64,000 nucleotides of DNA, taken from contig JAGIQG010000019.1 in assembly GCA_024679065.1 (NCBI GenBank), positions 37,696,001-37,760,000 on the forward strand. The letters are read 5' to 3'. The position numbers and the translations under genes are program-made. This stretch comes from Sphyrna mokarran (Eukaryota). Shown piece by piece: positions 61,849 to 64,000 of the stretch (within the stretch, counting starts at the first letter, position 1; each line of letters opens with the position of its first letter). The notes beneath the pieces are model-generated. The model was not told the DNA's origin. It saw only the letters and a list, made by a program, of their open reading frames with translations, and did no database searches.

Positions 61849-64000
61849 TCATACCAACATTCAGGAAAGTCAAGACTTTATATCCTGAAAGACTCCAGCA
61901 TCCAGCAGGCAAAAACTTTCTGTTCTTACCTGTCGTACTAAGACCTTTTGATCAGCTTTACTTTCAAATACATATGCACACATTCCAATTATTGCCCAGG
62001 TTCACAGACTATTGCCTGCCTCCCAGGGCCTGGAGAATCGCCTATGACAGCTGTTGTTCTGCTTAGTCTATTGACTGATAATGGACTGCATCAAAGCTCT
62101 TTACAACAGCTCAGAAGGCCACACGTCTCAGAGAGAGAGAGAGCTATTTTTGGAAAGTATACGTCCTTTGAGGGCAGAGGGAGGGAGGAAACATTAAGGA
62201 AAGAAAACGAGACATTTTTTTCTCTTTAAATGATGTTGCTCCAATTATATTCAAGAGTCCTGAAAGGGCTTGACATCAAACTTAATTCTATTATTTGACT
62301 AGTCGTATGTCATTTGTACAGGCAACCAGGAGACTGGAACAGGCGACTGCCTAAACTCCAGGCAATACAGATGTTAAGAATTAAGGGACACAATTAAGTG
62401 TGATGTTGACAATGGGGAATACAAGGAGTACTGCAGAAGCCTGAGAACACATTTTCAAATTATCACAGTCAAAAAAAAGTGAAAAACAAGTGACAAAGCC
62501 AGCATTTGCCCCTGGAATTACCATAGTCTTCGAATAAAATAAGTTTGTGACTACTGAATGTGGGGCACTGCTGCTGCATGGTATAGAACAGTTGCTGGGC
62601 TTACTTCAGAAAATAGTGCCCTGTGTAAAATGCCCCCGGTGGCTTATACATGATAAGGCAGGAAATAAATGAAAGCATTTCTGCTCTTGAGGATCAAACA
62701 AGCACAAAATAAAAGGGCTGACTGCTTGGTGCTGTCCTCTCTGCAGCCGTGTGGCAAGATTAATAATCAATATTGCAAGAGGGTCTACTGGGAGTTTTCT
62801 GCTAATTTGATGGAGCCTAAAGCTTTTCCAACATTTATGGCAAGTGTATCAGCTCTTGAATCAAAAAACCTTTAATAGTTTCAAATATTGGTGCAGAATT
62901 CCAAGTAGAAATGGATATCCAGAAACATTAATCAAGTGAATTTATTTCAAGTTTACTAATGAAGGAACAGAAAGACCAGGTTGGTTCTTTCACCATCTTT
63001 AAAACATAAATTCCTTTTTGATCCAGATTAATGGGACCAAAGTCACCCTCCCCACCAACACACACACACACAATTTACTAGCTGCAAGAATACTATGCAA
63101 ATTGGGTTTATGAGTCCCAACCCAGTGGTGCTATTTGGCAGTCATTAAGATTACAAGGATGCATGGTGTGGCCAATGTCAAAACTGTTGTATTGAGGGGG
63201 TTTATTGTTAGGGAAACTAGACTCCACATGCAATTACGTAACACCAGAAGTGGGAGAAAGGACAGGATACTGGATACCCCTGATAGGAATGCATCCTATT
63301 CTTCACATTTACATCCCAATCTTACAAACACAATCATAATAAATTTTCATAATAATCCCTAGATGCCAACTAGGGATTGCCAACTTCTAATAATCACTCA
63401 ATCTCTCTATTCTTCTCTCCCTTTATCACTCCCTACTCCAGAAGTCAATTTTTAAAAGCACTTATCTTTACTGGACCTGCTACACATCATTCATTAGTTA
63501 TGGCCGATTAAAGAGCCAGACATGCTCAAGATGGATTGTGTGTGCTGCAATGTTGAAAGGATTTTATGAATGAAGTTTACATCACATTATGATACAATCA
63601 TAAAACTTTCATGACAGCTTGTAGTCATCAAATATTTATTCTGGTAATGCCTCAGGCATCAGTTCAAGACCAAAAGGCTCTGGACAGCTTGGAAAATGAA
63701 AGTGACAGCCTTGATGGTTGCGCAGCTACATTTTACAAAATAAATAGCTACAGCATTTTAAATTCCTTAGACGCAATTATGAATTTTGAAAATCCCCCAA
63801 ATCTATTTTATTCCATTAGGTTTGCTAATCTCCTGTGCCAGATGGATGAGCTGTAAGCAATGACTAGGTAAGCTAGGGCTCTTGACAAACAGGAGATGCT
63901 ATGCAGTTACATGAGCTACATTATAGGTTTGAGAAAGCAAACCTTAAACAATGCTTGCATATGCCCAGGCAGCAGGATAGTCAGGTTAAAGTTTAGAAAG

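Noticed and set aside
61630-61941. Repetitive ORF or regular array
   Set aside because: A simple 22-bp minisatellite without spacers.
43508-64000. Penultimate constitutive NRF1 exon (...AAAHAVATLAEATLQGGGQIVLSGETAAAVGALTGVQDAN)
   Set aside because: Not found by eye or in the ORF track. The intron appears to extend beyond the window.

Overview
This is eukaryotic vertebrate DNA. The repeat content (HE1/V-SINEs, Deu-SINE-like elements, CR1/HER1, L2, Rex-Babar and Penelope fragments) points to an elasmobranch, probably a shark. The window covers the conserved miR-183/96/182 - NRF1 locus. The + strand carries pre-miR-183 (~10.96-11.05 kb), pre-miR-96 (~15.34-15.42 kb) and pre-miR-182 (~16.07-16.15 kb), downstream of a CpG-enriched region (~2.9-7.5 kb) that probably holds the pri-miRNA promoter. 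The - strand carries the last coding exon of NRF1 (43335-43507), a ~3 kb 3'UTR, and >20 kb of the final intron. That intron contains a well-formed in-frame 126-nt candidate cassette exon (53087-53212). The rest is mostly decayed transposons and minisatellites, and nearly all ORFs in the supplied track are spurious. The most notable points are the reversed miRNA spacing relative to mammals, candidate alternative NRF1 C-terminal exons, an apparently intact minimal hammerhead ribozyme in a Penelope-like LTR, two 3' tail types on one SINE family, and homeodomain/bHLH motif clusters in the NRF1 intron. I see no evidence for a wholly new biological system. Repeat boundaries were read by eye and are approximate.
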